Positions 50,132 to 62,394 of a DNA stretch of 64,000 nucleotides are shown here, piece by piece. The translations under genes and the position numbers were made by a program. This DNA is from an uncultured bacterium (GTDB lineage: Bacteria; Desulfobacterota_D; UBA1144; Nemesobacterales; UBA2774). How positions within the stretch are numbered: position 1 is the first letter of the stretch; every line of letters begins with the position of its first letter. The notes under the pieces are model-generated. The model ran no database searches, had not been told where the DNA came from, and worked only from the letters and a program-made list of their open reading frames with translations. Location: positions 448,001-512,000 of the forward strand of contig CAWGRW010000009.1 in NCBI GenBank assembly GCA_963825135.1, given 5' to 3'.

Positions 50132-50839
50132 TCACTGTTCCCCGTCGAGAACTTCTTCCATACGCGAGCGCACGATACGCATCAGCTCCTCTCTGCCTGC
50201 CCTTCCCGAAGGAAGATTCCTTACATCTATAGGGGGGAGTATCCTTATCTTCATAGTGCCCGGCCTGAGGACTTTCGACCCCCTGGGCATGATGTCGAGC
50301 CCGCCCGTAATCACCATCGGTACGACGGGGACGCCAGCCAGCATGGCGATAAAGAATCCTCCCTTCTGGAAAGGCAGAAGGTTCCCCTCCTTACCCCTCG
50401 TGCCTTCGGGGGCGATAAGTACCGAAGGGCCGGATTTTATACCGCTCACGATCTTCTTTACCTCCTTCGTGTCCCTCTCGGAGCCGTCCCGGGCGACGAA
50501 GTAGTGACCGGCAATCCTTGCGACCCATCCGATAAACGGCATATCGCCGACTTCTTTCTTCATCACCGCCTTCCAGTCGATAGGAAGTACGGCCATATAG
50601 GCGAAGATATCGAATACGCTTTGATGGTTGTACATTATTATCGACGGCTCGGGCGGGATATTCTCGAGCCCTTTCACGTCGAGCTTCACCCCGGCGGTGA
50701 ACATTATCATGCGCGCCCAGGGCCTCACCGCGTATTTAATCGCGGCCGGCGGGGAGATCACCGCCAGAACCATGCCGTAAATGCCAAAGAATATGGTGTA
50801 AATGATAAAAGTAATCCAGCAAAGAACCGTTCTGAACAT
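50132..50839 (-). CDS. plsC: 1-acyl-sn-glycerol-3-phosphate acyltransferase
   Basis: NHQSVFD, APEGTRG, PFQKGGF, PVVPM. Confidence 0.9.
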   Translation of the reverse strand: MFRTVLCWITFIIYTIFFGIYGMVLAVISPPAAIKYAVRPWARMIMFTAGVKLDVKGLENIPPEPSIIMYNHQSVFDIFAYMAVLPIDWKAVMKKEVGDMPFIGWVARIAGHYFVARDGSERDTKEVKKIVSGIKSGPSVLIAPEGTRGKEGNLLPFQKGGFFIAMLAGVPVVPMVITGGLDIMPRGSKVLRPGTMKIRILPPIDVRNLPSGRAGREELMRIVRSRMEEVLDGEQ

Positions 50840-50898
50840 AGGGGTTTATATGTGGAATATTATCCGAATCATCGCTCCCGGGCTAGATTTATTCTCCG

Positions 50899-51834
50899 CT
50901 ATCCCCCGGCAGACATTATCCTGAGCGCCTTAGGGACTACGTCAATTACGTGCGTACCGGCTCCGAGATAAAAAGGCTCCCCGTCCATATGGGCGGGCTG
51001 GGGGCTTTCGATCCTGATTTCCATGCGGGGCCCAGACTTGAGCTCCACTTCGGGCAGGCCCGAATGAGTCCCATCCAGGACCTTGGGAATCTTGATGAGC
51101 CTCTGTAAAGGGCTCATATCCTTTATAATATGAAAATCCAGAAGCCCGTCGTCCACCCTGGCCCAGGGGGCGAGCCTGAACTTTCCGCCCTGGTATATAC
51201 CGTTCGACGCCCCGACCAGCAGCAGGGTGCCCGAGTACTTCCACTCGCCCACCGTTACCTCCGTCGGGAAACCCCTGAAGGAAAACGCTTCCTGGACCGC
51301 CCCCACTATGTACCCCAGCTGTCCCCGCAGCAGCTTAAGCTTCTTGAAACGGTGAGAAACGGCTCCGTCGAGCCCTATGCCGAGCCCGTTGACAAAATAA
51401 ACATTCCCCAGTTTTCCCAGGTCCACGGTGCGCTCCCGTCCCGAATATATAGTCTCTACCGCGTGTTCCGTATCAAGCGGTATTCCCGCTGATTTGGGAA
51501 AATCGTTACCGCTCCCCGAAGGGATCATCCCGAAAATAAGCGGCGACCCCAAGATTCCGTTTACCACCTCGTGGGATGTCCCGTCGCCCCCCACCGCGAC
51601 TACGTGAGTGAAATTTCCGGAAACGGAGTCTCTCGCGAGCGACTCGGCTTCCCCGGGGCCAGACGTGAATATATACTCAAACGGTATGCCCCGTCTATCG
51701 AGCCCGGGCTTGATAGAATTGAATAAAGCGGCCGTCCTGCCCTGTCCCGCAGCCGGATTGACGATGAACAAATATCTCGCGTCTTTCAATTTCTGGCCTT
51801 TCAAGTAAAATCTAAGAACTATAGAACATAGCAT
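50899..51834 (-). CDS. Diacylglycerol kinase family lipid kinase (start perhaps TTG 51789)
   Basis: IVNPAAG, VGGDGT, PSGSGNDF, DDGLLD, HMDGE. Confidence 0.92.
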   Translation of the reverse strand: MLCSIVLRFYLKGQKLKDARYLFIVNPAAGQGRTAALFNSIKPGLDRRGIPFEYIFTSGPGEAESLARDSVSGNFTHVVAVGGDGTSHEVVNGILGSPLIFGMIPSGSGNDFPKSAGIPLDTEHAVETIYSGRERTVDLGKLGNVYFVNGLGIGLDGAVSHRFKKLKLLRGQLGYIVGAVQEAFSFRGFPTEVTVGEWKYSGTLLLVGASNGIYQGGKFRLAPWARVDDGLLDFHIIKDMSPLQRLIKIPKVLDGTHSGLPEVELKSGPRMEIRIESPQPAHMDGEPFYLGAGTHVIDVVPKALRIMSAGG

Positions 51835-51948
51835 TTTTCAAAATCGTTTACAAAACAAACGGCAGAGATACTTGAAATGGGACATATTATATGTTAATAA
51901 AGTTCGTTTTATCCAAATAAAATCGGAGCAAATCAGGAGGCATTTTAA

Positions 51949-52944
51949 ATGGTAGAAGAAATCCAGCCTACCGAACAGGTAAACGAGGTAATCAGCATGA
52001 AGCAGCTTCTCGAAGCCGGGGTGCATTTCGGCCATCAGATCAGCCACTGGAACCCCAAAATGAAGGAATTCATCTTCGGGAACAGGAACGGAATCCACAT
52101 TATCGATCTCCAGCAGACAGTCGGTCTTTTCAAAAAGGCCTACGGTTTCGTAAGAGACATCGCCGCAGGCGGGGGGGAAGTGCTTTTCGTAGGGACGAAG
52201 AAACAGGCCCAGGGCATAATAGCGGAGGAAACAGCGCGTTCCGGCATGCCTTATGTAAATACCCGCTGGCTGGGGGGCACGCTCACGAACTTCAATACCA
52301 TCAGGTCCCGTGTCGACTACCTGCTCGAATTAAAGAAGCTCGAAGAAGAGGGACAGATGGAGAGGCTCCCCAAGAAAGAAGCGAAGGGTTTAAAAAGGGA
52401 AATCCAGAAACTCGAACTCCTTTTGGGCGGAGTGGTCAACATGAAAAGGATACCTCAGGCCCTCTACATAGTGGATACGAGGAAAGAACACATTGCGGTT
52501 CACGAAGCGAGGAGGCTCGGCATACCGATAGTCGCCGTGGTGGATACCAACTCCAACCCGGCAGACGCCGATTTCGTGATCCCGAGCAACGATGACGCCA
52601 TAAGGGCGATTAAGCTCTTCACATCCAGAATATCCGACGCTTGCGTCGAAGGAAGGCACGCCTACGAGCAGAAGCTGCAGGCGGGAGAAGTAACAAGAAA
52701 GCCGCAGGAAGATCAGATCGTTGTCGAGAGGAAGGTATTCGTATTCAAGGAATTCGGCGAGGAAACGGCGAAAGAGGAAACGACCTCCGTCGCGGTGTCC
52801 GAGAGCAGCCAGGTCGGACAAGCCCCCCAGAGCGCAGAGGCCGAGAAGAAAGACAAGCAGCCCGCAAGGCCTAAAGCGCCTGCCAAGAAGGCTGAAGAAG
52901 AGGAAGAAACTTACACCTACACCCATACCGATAAGACCGAATAA
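51949..52944 (+). CDS. rpsB: 30S ribosomal protein S2 with C-terminal extension
   Basis: [34 protein letters not shown]. Confidence 0.98.
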   Translation: MVEEIQPTEQVNEVISMKQLLEAGVHFGHQISHWNPKMKEFIFGNRNGIHIIDLQQTVGLFKKAYGFVRDIAAGGGEVLFVGTKKQAQGIIAEETARSGMPYVNTRWLGGTLTNFNTIRSRVDYLLELKKLEEEGQMERLPKKEAKGLKREIQKLELLLGGVVNMKRIPQALYIVDTRKEHIAVHEARRLGIPIVAVVDTNSNPADADFVIPSNDDAIRAIKLFTSRISDACVEGRHAYEQKLQAGEVTRKPQEDQIVVERKVFVFKEFGEETAKEETTSVAVSESSQVGQAPQSAEAEKKDKQPARPKAPAKKAEEEEETYTYTHTDKTE

Positions 52945-53004
52945 ATACGGCCGGATCGGATTCGAATTCTTCAGGGAAGAAATCGAGGAGGAATTTAACG
53001 GACA

Positions 53005-53610
53005 ATGGCAGATATTACGGCACAGATGGTGAAAGAGATCAGGGACAGAACGGGGGCACCGTTTATCGATTGCAAAAAGGCCCTCGAAGAGGTGTCCGGC
53101 GACTTCGATAAAGCTATCGAGATACTGAAAATTAAAGGCGTGGCGAAAGCGGCAAAGAAATTGGGCAGAGAAACGCCCGAAGGAACGATTACTTCGTACA
53201 TACATGCCGGCGGAAAGATCGGGGTTCTCGTGGAAATTAACTGCGAGACCGATTTTGTCGCAAGGAACGATGAATTTCAGGCATTCGCGAAAGAGGTAGC
53301 CATGCAGATCGCCGCGGGTAATCCCCGGTATGTGAGCAGGGAGTTTATCCCCGAGGAAGAGCTCGCCAAAGAGAAGGAAATTATGAAGGCCCAGGTCATA
53401 GAGTCGGGGAAGCCCGCGAATATAGCGGAGAAAATAGCCGAGGGGAAAATCGAGAAATTTTACGAGGAAGTCTGCCTTCTTGACCAGGTTTACATCAGGG
53501 ACTCGAAACTAAAGATCAGCGACCTCCTTCAGGCGCTCATAGCAAAGATCGGGGAAAATATTAAGGTCAGAAGGTTTGTACGGTACCAGCTAGGCGAATC
53601 CCTGGACTAA
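53005..53610 (+). CDS. tsf: Elongation factor Ts (short form)
   Basis: VKEIRDRTGA, EINCETDFVA, KVRRFVRY. Confidence 0.98.
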   Translation: MADITAQMVKEIRDRTGAPFIDCKKALEEVSGDFDKAIEILKIKGVAKAAKKLGRETPEGTITSYIHAGGKIGVLVEINCETDFVARNDEFQAFAKEVAMQIAAGNPRYVSREFIPEEELAKEKEIMKAQVIESGKPANIAEKIAEGKIEKFYEEVCLLDQVYIRDSKLKISDLLQALIAKIGENIKVRRFVRYQLGESLD

Positions 53611-54925
<1,315 letters not shown>

Positions 54926-55064
54926 GTCCGGCTCTCTCCCCTGCCGCCTGAACCTTATCCCGAACTTTAAAACTCCGGGGAAAAGTATCTAAACTAATAA
55001 CGATTGTAGGTTTCCGGGAATTACTCTATAATTAAGGCCAGGACTAAGAGAAGTCGGGAAGGCG

Positions 55065-55310
55065 ATGAGAGACTCACTTTCAAGTGTTTTTTCTTATATG
55101 TTTATGGCGTCGATATTTATATCCATTATCTCTTTATTCGCCGTGTTGATCATTCTTCTTCGGTCGTTCACGACGGATACCGGCGAATTGGAAAAACAGG
55201 CGGGTTACGCCTTTCTCTACCTTTTCATCATATGCATAATCGCCGCTCCGATTTTTCATTACATATCCAACAGGCTGGAAAAACGGGTAAGGCGATTCGA
55301 CGAATTTTGA
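55065..55310 (+). CDS. Hypothetical 2-TM membrane protein
   Basis: 81-aa ORF with two hydrophobic segments and a plausible RBS. Confidence 0.6.
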   Translation: MRDSLSSVFSYMFMASIFISIISLFAVLIILLRSFTTDTGELEKQAGYAFLYLFIICIIAAPIFHYISNRLEKRVRRFDEF

Positions 55311-55436
55311 GGATTGTCGATTTCGGAAGTATCGGATGACGGGATCATGGAAACTATCCGGGTTCGATAGGGGGACGCCGCAGTATTTCGCTTTACCGTC
55401 CGAACCGGGGTTTCCATAATTTAGTTGAGTCTTGTT

Positions 55437-57353
55437 ATGGATAATACAGGCAAACAGAATATTCTTGCATGTTTGAACGAGGAGCTGTTCTCGGAGATGG
55501 ACGGCATACTCGGCAAACGAAATATTCAGGCGCAAAGGGCTTCGTCCGCCGAGGAGTTCTTCGAACATCTGAGGAATCAATCATACGACATAGCCGTCGT
55601 CGATGCGAGGTCCTTCGATTTCTCGATCCCGGAAATAATAACGCGTGTTAAATCGATTTCTCAGAATACCGAAATAATTATGATTACTGAGCCGGGACAG
55701 GACGGAGATCCTGCTTCGGACAATCCCCTCGACAGTCTTGTGTACGGTTATGTAGAAACACCGCCCAATATAAAATACGTCGCTACACTGGCGCTGAAAG
55801 CCCTCGAGAAACAGAAACTTCTAATTTCTTCTGCAGGCCGGAATAAGATCAGCCGGAAAAGCGTTATTCAAACCGCAAGGAGCGGTGAGAACGAAGCGCA
55901 GAACCTCTTGCTTTCGACGTCGGTGAACAGTCTGAATTCTGCGGTCACCATCACCGATATAAACCGCAACATCATCTATATCAACAATGCCCACACAAGG
56001 ACCTTCGGATATAAACCCGAAGAGATAATAGGAAAGAAGAGCGATGTCTTGTACCCCCTCGACGACCCGTCCGGAGTGAGCAGCAAGATCTACGAAGCCC
56101 TCGCGATGGTCGGCTGGGAGGGCGAAAGGCTCGCGCTTAGAAAGAACGGGAACGCATTCCCCGTGTACGAAAAGACGTCCGCAATTAAGGATAAGGACGG
56201 GAATCAGCTGGGTATCGTGTCGGTGCTGGACGATATCACCGCGAGAAGAAGACTCCAGCAGGCGCTTAGAGAATCGGAGGAAAGATACAGAAGCTTCGTG
56301 GAAACGGCTAAGAGCGCGATCATAGCGGTTGACGGAGACGGAAAAATCATTCTCTTTAATCCCGCCGCGGAGAAGATATTCGGATACGCGAAGGAAGACA
56401 TTGTTGATAAAGAGTTCCGCTCCCTCTTTCCGGAAAGATACAAAGACGCGGTAAACGCCGAGCTCGGCAAAGGGGGCGGTAACGGGTTTTCGGGCCTGAA
56501 AGAATCGACGTCGGAGATAACGGGCCTCAACAAAAGCGGGGAGGAATTCCCGGCGGAGGTATCTTTTTCGACGTGCAGGGTCGAGGGAAGGCCGATATTG
56601 ACCGCAATAATATTCGATATTACAGAAAAGAAGAATTTACTTGAGCAGCTTCTCCAGTCGGCAAAACTCGCGGCCGTAGGCGAGCTCATCTCGGGCGTAA
56701 CTCACGAGGTGAATAACCCCCTCGCTGTGGTGATAGGGTATTCCGAGATGCTGCTTGCCGAGCCCGACCTCAGTAATGAATCGAGAGAAGCTATAAAATC
56801 CATACATGCCGAATCGGAAAGGGCTAAAAAGGTCATACAGAATTTACTTTCCTTCGCCCGCAAGCACAGTCCCGAGAAAGAAGTCATACAGGTAAACGAA
56901 ATACTCGAAAAGACTCTGGGCCTGACGGACTACGAGCTCAGAAAAAACTCGGTTACCGTCGTCAAAGACCTCGACCCGGAACTCCCCGAGACCGTGGGCG
57001 ATCCGAACCAGCTGCAGCAGGTTTTCCTGAACCTGATTATTAATTCCCAGCAGGCGATGATGGAAACCGGTGACGCCAGGCGGCTCACGGTACGGAGCAG
57101 AATAAGGGAATCGGAAAGCACCGACAGACAGGGAAAGAGAAACGTTATCCAGGTGGCATTTGAGGATAACGGCCCGGGAATACCGGACACCAGCATCAAT
57201 AAGATATTCGACCCGTTCTATACCACGAAGACTAAAGGCACCGGGCTCGGTCTCTCTGTCTCATTCGGTATCATTAAAGAGCACGGGGGAGACATATTCG
57301 CAAGGGCCAACGAGGGGAGAGGGGTTACCTTCATCGTCGAATTGCCGTCCTGA
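55437..57353 (+). CDS. Cytoplasmic sensor histidine kinase (degenerate REC, 2 PAS, HisKA, HATPase)
   Basis: YDIAVVD, two PAS domains, GVTHEVNNPL, QVFLNLIINS, DNGPGI, GTGLGL. Confidence 0.92.
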   Translation: MDNTGKQNILACLNEELFSEMDGILGKRNIQAQRASSAEEFFEHLRNQSYDIAVVDARSFDFSIPEIITRVKSISQNTEIIMITEPGQDGDPASDNPLDSLVYGYVETPPNIKYVATLALKALEKQKLLISSAGRNKISRKSVIQTARSGENEAQNLLLSTSVNSLNSAVTITDINRNIIYINNAHTRTFGYKPEEIIGKKSDVLYPLDDPSGVSSKIYEALAMVGWEGERLALRKNGNAFPVYEKTSAIKDKDGNQLGIVSVLDDITARRRLQQALRESEERYRSFVETAKSAIIAVDGDGKIILFNPAAEKIFGYAKEDIVDKEFRSLFPERYKDAVNAELGKGGGNGFSGLKESTSEITGLNKSGEEFPAEVSFSTCRVEGRPILTAIIFDITEKKNLLEQLLQSAKLAAVGELISGVTHEVNNPLAVVIGYSEMLLAEPDLSNESREAIKSIHAESERAKKVIQNLLSFARKHSPEKEVIQVNEILEKTLGLTDYELRKNSVTVVKDLDPELPETVGDPNQLQQVFLNLIINSQQAMMETGDARRLTVRSRIRESESTDRQGKRNVIQVAFEDNGPGIPDTSINKIFDPFYTTKTKGTGLGLSVSFGIIKEHGGDIFARANEGRGVTFIVELPS

Positions 57354-57401
57354 TTTCATTCCCGGTACTATTAAGATACGAATTTATAAAGGGTTACTTC
57401 T

Positions 57402-58694
57402 CTACTTCTCCGGAGCAATCCGTTCGACGCCGCCCATGTAGGGTATGAGCGCCTTCGGTAAAGTTATCGTACCGTCAGACTCCTGAAAATTCTCCAGTAT
57501 CGCGATGACCGTCCTGCCAACCGCGAGACCCGAGCCGTTTAACGTATGTACGAGCCTGGGCTTGCCGCCTCCCGGGGGACGGTACCTGATAGAGGCCCTT
57601 CTGGCCTGAAAATCCTCGAAGTTGCTGCATGACGAAATCTCCCTGTATACGTTCTCGCTCGGCACCCATACCTCGATGTCATAAGTCTTTGCCGACGAGA
57701 ACCCCATATCGCCCGTACAGAGCACGACCACACGGTAAGGAAGCCCTAGAAGCTCCAGGATACGGGCTGCGTTCCCGGTCAGGGACTCGAGCTCGTCGTA
57801 AGAATTCTCGGGCTCGGCGAATTTCACGAGCTCGACCTTGTTGAACTGGTGCTGCCTTATTATTCCGCGGACGTCCTTTCCGTAAGAGCCGGCCTCGCTC
57901 CTGAAACAAGGGGTATAGGCGACGTATTTCACCGGCAGGTCCTCAACGCTCAATATCTCGTCCCTGTGTATGTTCGTCACCGGGACCTCCGCCGTGGGAA
58001 TAAGGTAGAAGTCCGTCCCTTCGACCTTGAACAAATCGGCCGCGAACTTCGGAAGGTTCCCCGTGCCGATAAAACTTTCGCTGTTCGCCATGAAAGGGGG
58101 GAGCACCTCTTTGTATCCGTGCTCTTTCGTATGAACGTCGAGCATAAAATTAATCAGCGCCCGTTCGAGCCTCGCCCCGAGCCCTTTATAAAGCGCGAAC
58201 CTGGCGCCTGTAATCTTGGCCGCCCTGTCGAGATCGAGGATATCGAGGGCCTTCCCGAGCTCGACGTGATCCCTGGGTTCAAATCCGAAAGCCCTCGGCT
58301 CGCCCCACCTTTTCACTTCCTTATTGTCCGAGGCATCCTTTCCGACAGGCACCGATTCGTGAGGCATATTCGGGACCCCCAGGAGGAATTCCCTGAGGTT
58401 ATTATCCGCATTCGACCTCTCGCCGGCGAGGTCCTTAATCTTGTCCGACAGCACTTTAAGCTCCGCCTGAAGCTTGTCCGCCTCGTCGTGATTCCCGTCC
58501 CGCTTTAACTCCCCGACCTTTTTAGAGCCGACGTTCCTCCGGTGCTCGAGCTCTTCGACGCTCTTTATTATCGCGCGCCTCTCCTGATCAAGAGCCCTGA
58601 ATCTGCCGGAATCAAACGCGGCCCCCCTTTCTTTCATCCTGGCCGCCACTTTCTCAAGATTATCTTCCACGAATTTTGAATCGAGCATAACCAC
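57402..58694 (-). CDS. serS: Serine--tRNA ligase
   Basis: [43 protein letters not shown]. Confidence 0.98.
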   Translation of the reverse strand: MVMLDSKFVEDNLEKVAARMKERGAAFDSGRFRALDQERRAIIKSVEELEHRRNVGSKKVGELKRDGNHDEADKLQAELKVLSDKIKDLAGERSNADNNLREFLLGVPNMPHESVPVGKDASDNKEVKRWGEPRAFGFEPRDHVELGKALDILDLDRAAKITGARFALYKGLGARLERALINFMLDVHTKEHGYKEVLPPFMANSESFIGTGNLPKFAADLFKVEGTDFYLIPTAEVPVTNIHRDEILSVEDLPVKYVAYTPCFRSEAGSYGKDVRGIIRQHQFNKVELVKFAEPENSYDELESLTGNAARILELLGLPYRVVVLCTGDMGFSSAKTYDIEVWVPSENVYREISSCSNFEDFQARRASIRYRPPGGGKPRLVHTLNGSGLAVGRTVIAILENFQESDGTITLPKALIPYMGGVERIAPEK

Positions 58695-58816
58695 CTAATC
58701 CCGTACCGGATTTAACATAGCAACAACAATTCGCGAATATATACCCACCTGACCCTGCCGCGCTCCGCTCCGAGCGAGTGAAGCCTGTAACTCTTTATGA
58801 CCGAAGGAAATTTGCT

Positions 58817-59231
58817 TTAGATATCAAACACTATTTCGGCCATAAATCTATCATTCACCCTCTGTATTTTCAAATTGTGGTACGTGGCCGCCTTGATGTC
58901 GAGCCCGAGCTCGTGCCTCCCGGGGTCGATCTTTTCACCTTTGAGCCTGCCTTTGAGCCTGAAACCGTCCGTAAGCTCGATCTCCGCTTGGCTGAAAACC
59001 ATCTTCCGGGCCTGATGGAGATAGAGTATCTCGCTCAGCATTTTTATAAGAAGCTCTTCCCCGGTCTCGGCCCCGGCCTCGAACACTATCTCCTCGACCG
59101 GCCTGACCGACCCCGTCTCGGCGATGAGGGAAAACATGGCGAGCGCGGCGTTTTTTAATAATTCCGCGTAGCTTCCGCCGAACACCCTGACCCCGATATC
59201 CGCCGTATGCTCAAAAACCTCGAAGCTCCAT
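58817..59231 (-). CDS. Archease (+1 frameshift just after the start)
   Basis: Removing one G after ATG 59231 gives MSFEVFEHTADIG; DIKAATYH; C-terminal VFDI. Confidence 0.88.
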
Positions 59232-59330
59232 CCTCACTATTCTATCATGCATTAGGAGGCGATGCCTAAGCCCGTTTGCCATCGGAACCCGCATGCGGTT
59301 ACAATTATGACATATCAAAACTAAAGGCCT

Positions 59331-60065
59331 ATGGAGGAATATTTGGGAAAGATAAATAAAGGATTTCGAACTCACGTATCTGGGCCATTCGACGTTCACG
59401 CTCACGACCCCCGGCGGGAAAGACCATACTCATAGACCCGTGGGTCGAGAACAACCCTGCCTGCCCGGAGGGACTGAAGAAGGTCAGCAAGCTCGACATC
59501 ATGCTTGTCACGCACGCCCACTTCGACCATATCGGCGACGCGGTTTCAATAGGAAAAGAGCATCAGCCGAAGGTCGTGGGCATTTACGAGACCTGCGTGT
59601 GGCTTAATGGCAAGGGGGTCGAGAATATAATGCCGATGAATAAAGGGGGCACTCAGGCAGTGGACGGGATCAAGTTCACGATGGTCCACGCCGACCATAG
59701 CTGCGGCATACAGGACGAGGACGGTTCCATTATTTACGGCGGTGAGGCGGTCGGATATGTAATCGAGCTTGAGAACGGATACAGGATCTACCACTCCGGG
59801 AGATACGGCGGTATTCAGCGACATGAAGCTGATCTCGGAGATTTATAAACCGGAGCTCGCAATGATACCCATAGGCGATCTCTTCACCATGTCTCCGCTC
59901 GAAGCCTCGTATGCGTGCAGGTTCCTGGCGGTCAAATACATAGTGCCTATGCATCACGGGACTTTCCCCGCGCTTACGGGGACGCCCGCCATGTTGAAGG
60001 AGCTTACGAAAGATATAAAGGGCCTGGAGATCATTGCGCTCAAACCCGGCGAATCCCTGAATTAG
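59331..60065 (+). CDS. Metallo-beta-lactamase-fold hydrolase (UPF0173-like), three +1 frameshifts
   Basis: Reassembled: FELTYLGHSTF..TPGG/KTILIDPW...VTHAHFDH...ADHS...YHS/GDT...IPIGD...PMHHGTF; slips at about 59365, 59420 and 59799. Confidence 0.85.
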
Positions 60066-60077
60066 TTTATATGGGGG

Positions 60078-60260
60078 AGCGGCTCGAGGATTCGGGGAAA
60101 AGACTTTCGCCCGGGGGCTCCGCGGTCCCCGGAGGTATGTTTCTCAACACCCTTCAGGCCGCAGCACTTCGAGCTTTGAGCGGAGAGCGCACGAATACGG
60201 CGGGGAGAAAGACGGAGGTGTCTTCGTTTCGTCTCTCGACTGGAGAATCTTAGGCTCGCT
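60078..60260 (+). ncRNA. Putative structured RNA (long irregular hairpin, 6S-like size)
   Basis: Nested pairings found by eye: 60078-93/60245-60, 60104-13/60201-11, 60118-23/60180-85, 60131-35/60151-55. Confidence 0.25.
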
Positions 60261-60431
60261 ATAGAATAATGGCCAATCCCCGGACACTCCCGGTGCAAAA
60301 TTATCCGTTATTACAAAATATTGTGATTTAAAAGGGAGTTACGCTGACTGCAAATTGACAATGACCCCCGAATATGCTAATAATAATGGCTTCGCCTTTT
60401 TAACGGAGTGGGTTCTGTCTTCTGAAAGGTC

Positions 60432-61766
60432 ATGTTTGAAGGAATATCTGAAAAACTAAATTCCACCCTAAAGAGGGTAAGGGGCTACGGAAAGCTGAGC
60501 GAGAGTAACATTCAGGACGCTCTCAGAGAGGTGCGTTTGAGCCTCCTCGAAGCCGATGTGAACTTCAAGGTGGTCAGGGAGTTCGTCGAATCGGTCAAGA
60601 CCCGCTCATTGGGCCAGGAAGTCATGGGGAGCCTATCGCCGGGTCAGCAGTTCGTGAAAATCGTCCATGATGAAATGATAAAGATCTTGGGCGACGAGAG
60701 CTCGGAGCTCGACCTCAAATCGTCCCCGCCGGTCGCGATCATGCTCGTGGGCCTGCAGGGCTCGGGAAAAACCACCTCCGCCTCCAAGCTGGCCAAGTAC
60801 TTGAAGGAGAGTCTGAAAAGAAACCCCTATCTCGTCCCGGCCGACGTATACAGGCCTGCCGCTATAGACCAGCTGAAGGTGCTCGCGAAGCAGGTGGGAG
60901 CCGGCATTTACGATACAAAACCGGGGGACAGGCCTTTAGATATCTGCAAAAACGCACTGGAGGAAGCCAAGCTCGGCGGCTACGACACCTTAATAATCGA
61001 TACGGCGGGCAGATTACACATTGACGAAGAGCTCATGGAAGAGCTCAAGACGATAAAAACCGAGTTGAATCCCCATCAGGTGCTGCTCGTCGCGGACGCG
61101 ATGACCGGTCAGGATGCGGTAAATGTCTCCTCGAGCTTCAATGAGGCGCTCGACATAGACGGCGTCGTGCTTACGAAGATGGACGGAGATGCCAGGGGAG
61201 GAGCGGCGCTTTCCATAAAGTCCGTAACCGGAAAGCCGATCAAGTTCTTCGGCACGGGCGAGAAGCTCGAAGCCCTCGAGGTCTTTCACCCCGACAGGAT
61301 AGCGTCCCGGATTCTCGGAATGGGTGACGTGCTCACTTTCATCGAAAAAGCCCAGGCGGCGTTCGATGATAAAAAGGCCGAAGAGATGGCTCGGAAGCTT
61401 CTGAAAAAGGAGTTTACGCTGGCAGATTTCAGGGAGGCTATGCTGGCTATGCGCAAACTCGGGTCCCTCGACAGCATGACCCAGATGATCCCGGGCATGA
61501 AGCAGATCGCGAATAACCCCAAGGCCCTCGATATGGCCGAAAAAGAGATAAAAAAGACGATCTCGATCGTGGACTCGATGACGATTGAAGAAAGAACGGA
61601 CCACACTTTACTGAACAGCAGCAGAAGGAAGCGGATCGCCCGCGGAAGCGGCACGAGGGTCGAGGACATTAACCGGGTGATAAAAAACTATATGCAGATG
61701 AGAAATATGATGAAGAATATGGGTAAAATGGGCAAAATGGCAAAAAGAATGATGAAATTTATGTAA
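60432..61766 (+). CDS. ffh: Signal recognition particle protein
   Basis: LLEADVN, GLQGSGKTT, DTAGR, TKMDGDARGG, Met-rich M domain. Confidence 0.98.
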   Translation: MFEGISEKLNSTLKRVRGYGKLSESNIQDALREVRLSLLEADVNFKVVREFVESVKTRSLGQEVMGSLSPGQQFVKIVHDEMIKILGDESSELDLKSSPPVAIMLVGLQGSGKTTSASKLAKYLKESLKRNPYLVPADVYRPAAIDQLKVLAKQVGAGIYDTKPGDRPLDICKNALEEAKLGGYDTLIIDTAGRLHIDEELMEELKTIKTELNPHQVLLVADAMTGQDAVNVSSSFNEALDIDGVVLTKMDGDARGGAALSIKSVTGKPIKFFGTGEKLEALEVFHPDRIASRILGMGDVLTFIEKAQAAFDDKKAEEMARKLLKKEFTLADFREAMLAMRKLGSLDSMTQMIPGMKQIANNPKALDMAEKEIKKTISIVDSMTIEERTDHTLLNSSRRKRIARGSGTRVEDINRVIKNYMQMRNMMKNMGKMGKMAKRMMKFM

Positions 61767-61827
61767 AGACTTAATCTTTTGATAAGATTTGATTACAATA
61801 GTATATATATAAGGAGGTATTCGTATT

Positions 61828-62088
61828 TTGGTTAAAATAAGGCTAATGAGAATAGGGTCGAAGAAAAACCCTTTCTACAGGATAGTGGCTACGGATTCGC
61901 GTTCGCCCCGTGACGGCAAGTTTCTCGAGATCCTGGGTCATTACGACCCGAGAAAGAAACCGCAGCATGTAGAGGTAAACGCGGACAGGGTCAAGGACTG
62001 GATAAGCAAAGGGGCTCAGACGACGGAGCGTGTAGGCAAACTAATATCTGGTTTAACCAGATCGGAGACGGAAACAATGTCGAAATAG
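61828..62088 (+). CDS. rpsP: 30S ribosomal protein S16
   Basis: VKIRLMRIGSKKNPFYRIV..DSRSPRDG; TTG start after AAGGAGG. Confidence 0.97.
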   Translation: MVKIRLMRIGSKKNPFYRIVATDSRSPRDGKFLEILGHYDPRKKPQHVEVNADRVKDWISKGAQTTERVGKLISGLTRSETETMSK

Positions 62089-62135
62089 GAATGTCCGGAT
62101 GAGTATCGTCATAAACAATAGGGGAGGTTTCAGTT

Positions 62136-62375
62136 ATGGAAAAGCTTACTGAGCTTGTGACTTTCATCGCTAAATCACTGGTTGATAGTCCTGACAAGGT
62201 TGAGGTTCGTGAAGTTTCCGGAGAGCAGACCGCTGTTCTCGAATTGAAAGTGGCCCCTGAGGACCTGGGTAAGATTATAGGGAAACAGGGGAAGACCGCG
62301 AAAGCCATCAGGACGATACTCGGCGCTGCCGCCGCCAAAATGAGAAGAAGGGCAGTACTGGAAATCCTAGAGTAG
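62136..62375 (+). CDS. khpA: KH-domain RNA-binding protein
   Basis: [18 protein letters not shown]; between rpsP and rimM. Confidence 0.93.
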   Translation: MEKLTELVTFIAKSLVDSPDKVEVREVSGEQTAVLELKVAPEDLGKIIGKQGKTAKAIRTILGAAAAKMRRRAVLEILE

Positions 62376-62394
62376 TTATTTCCAATCAGTCAAT

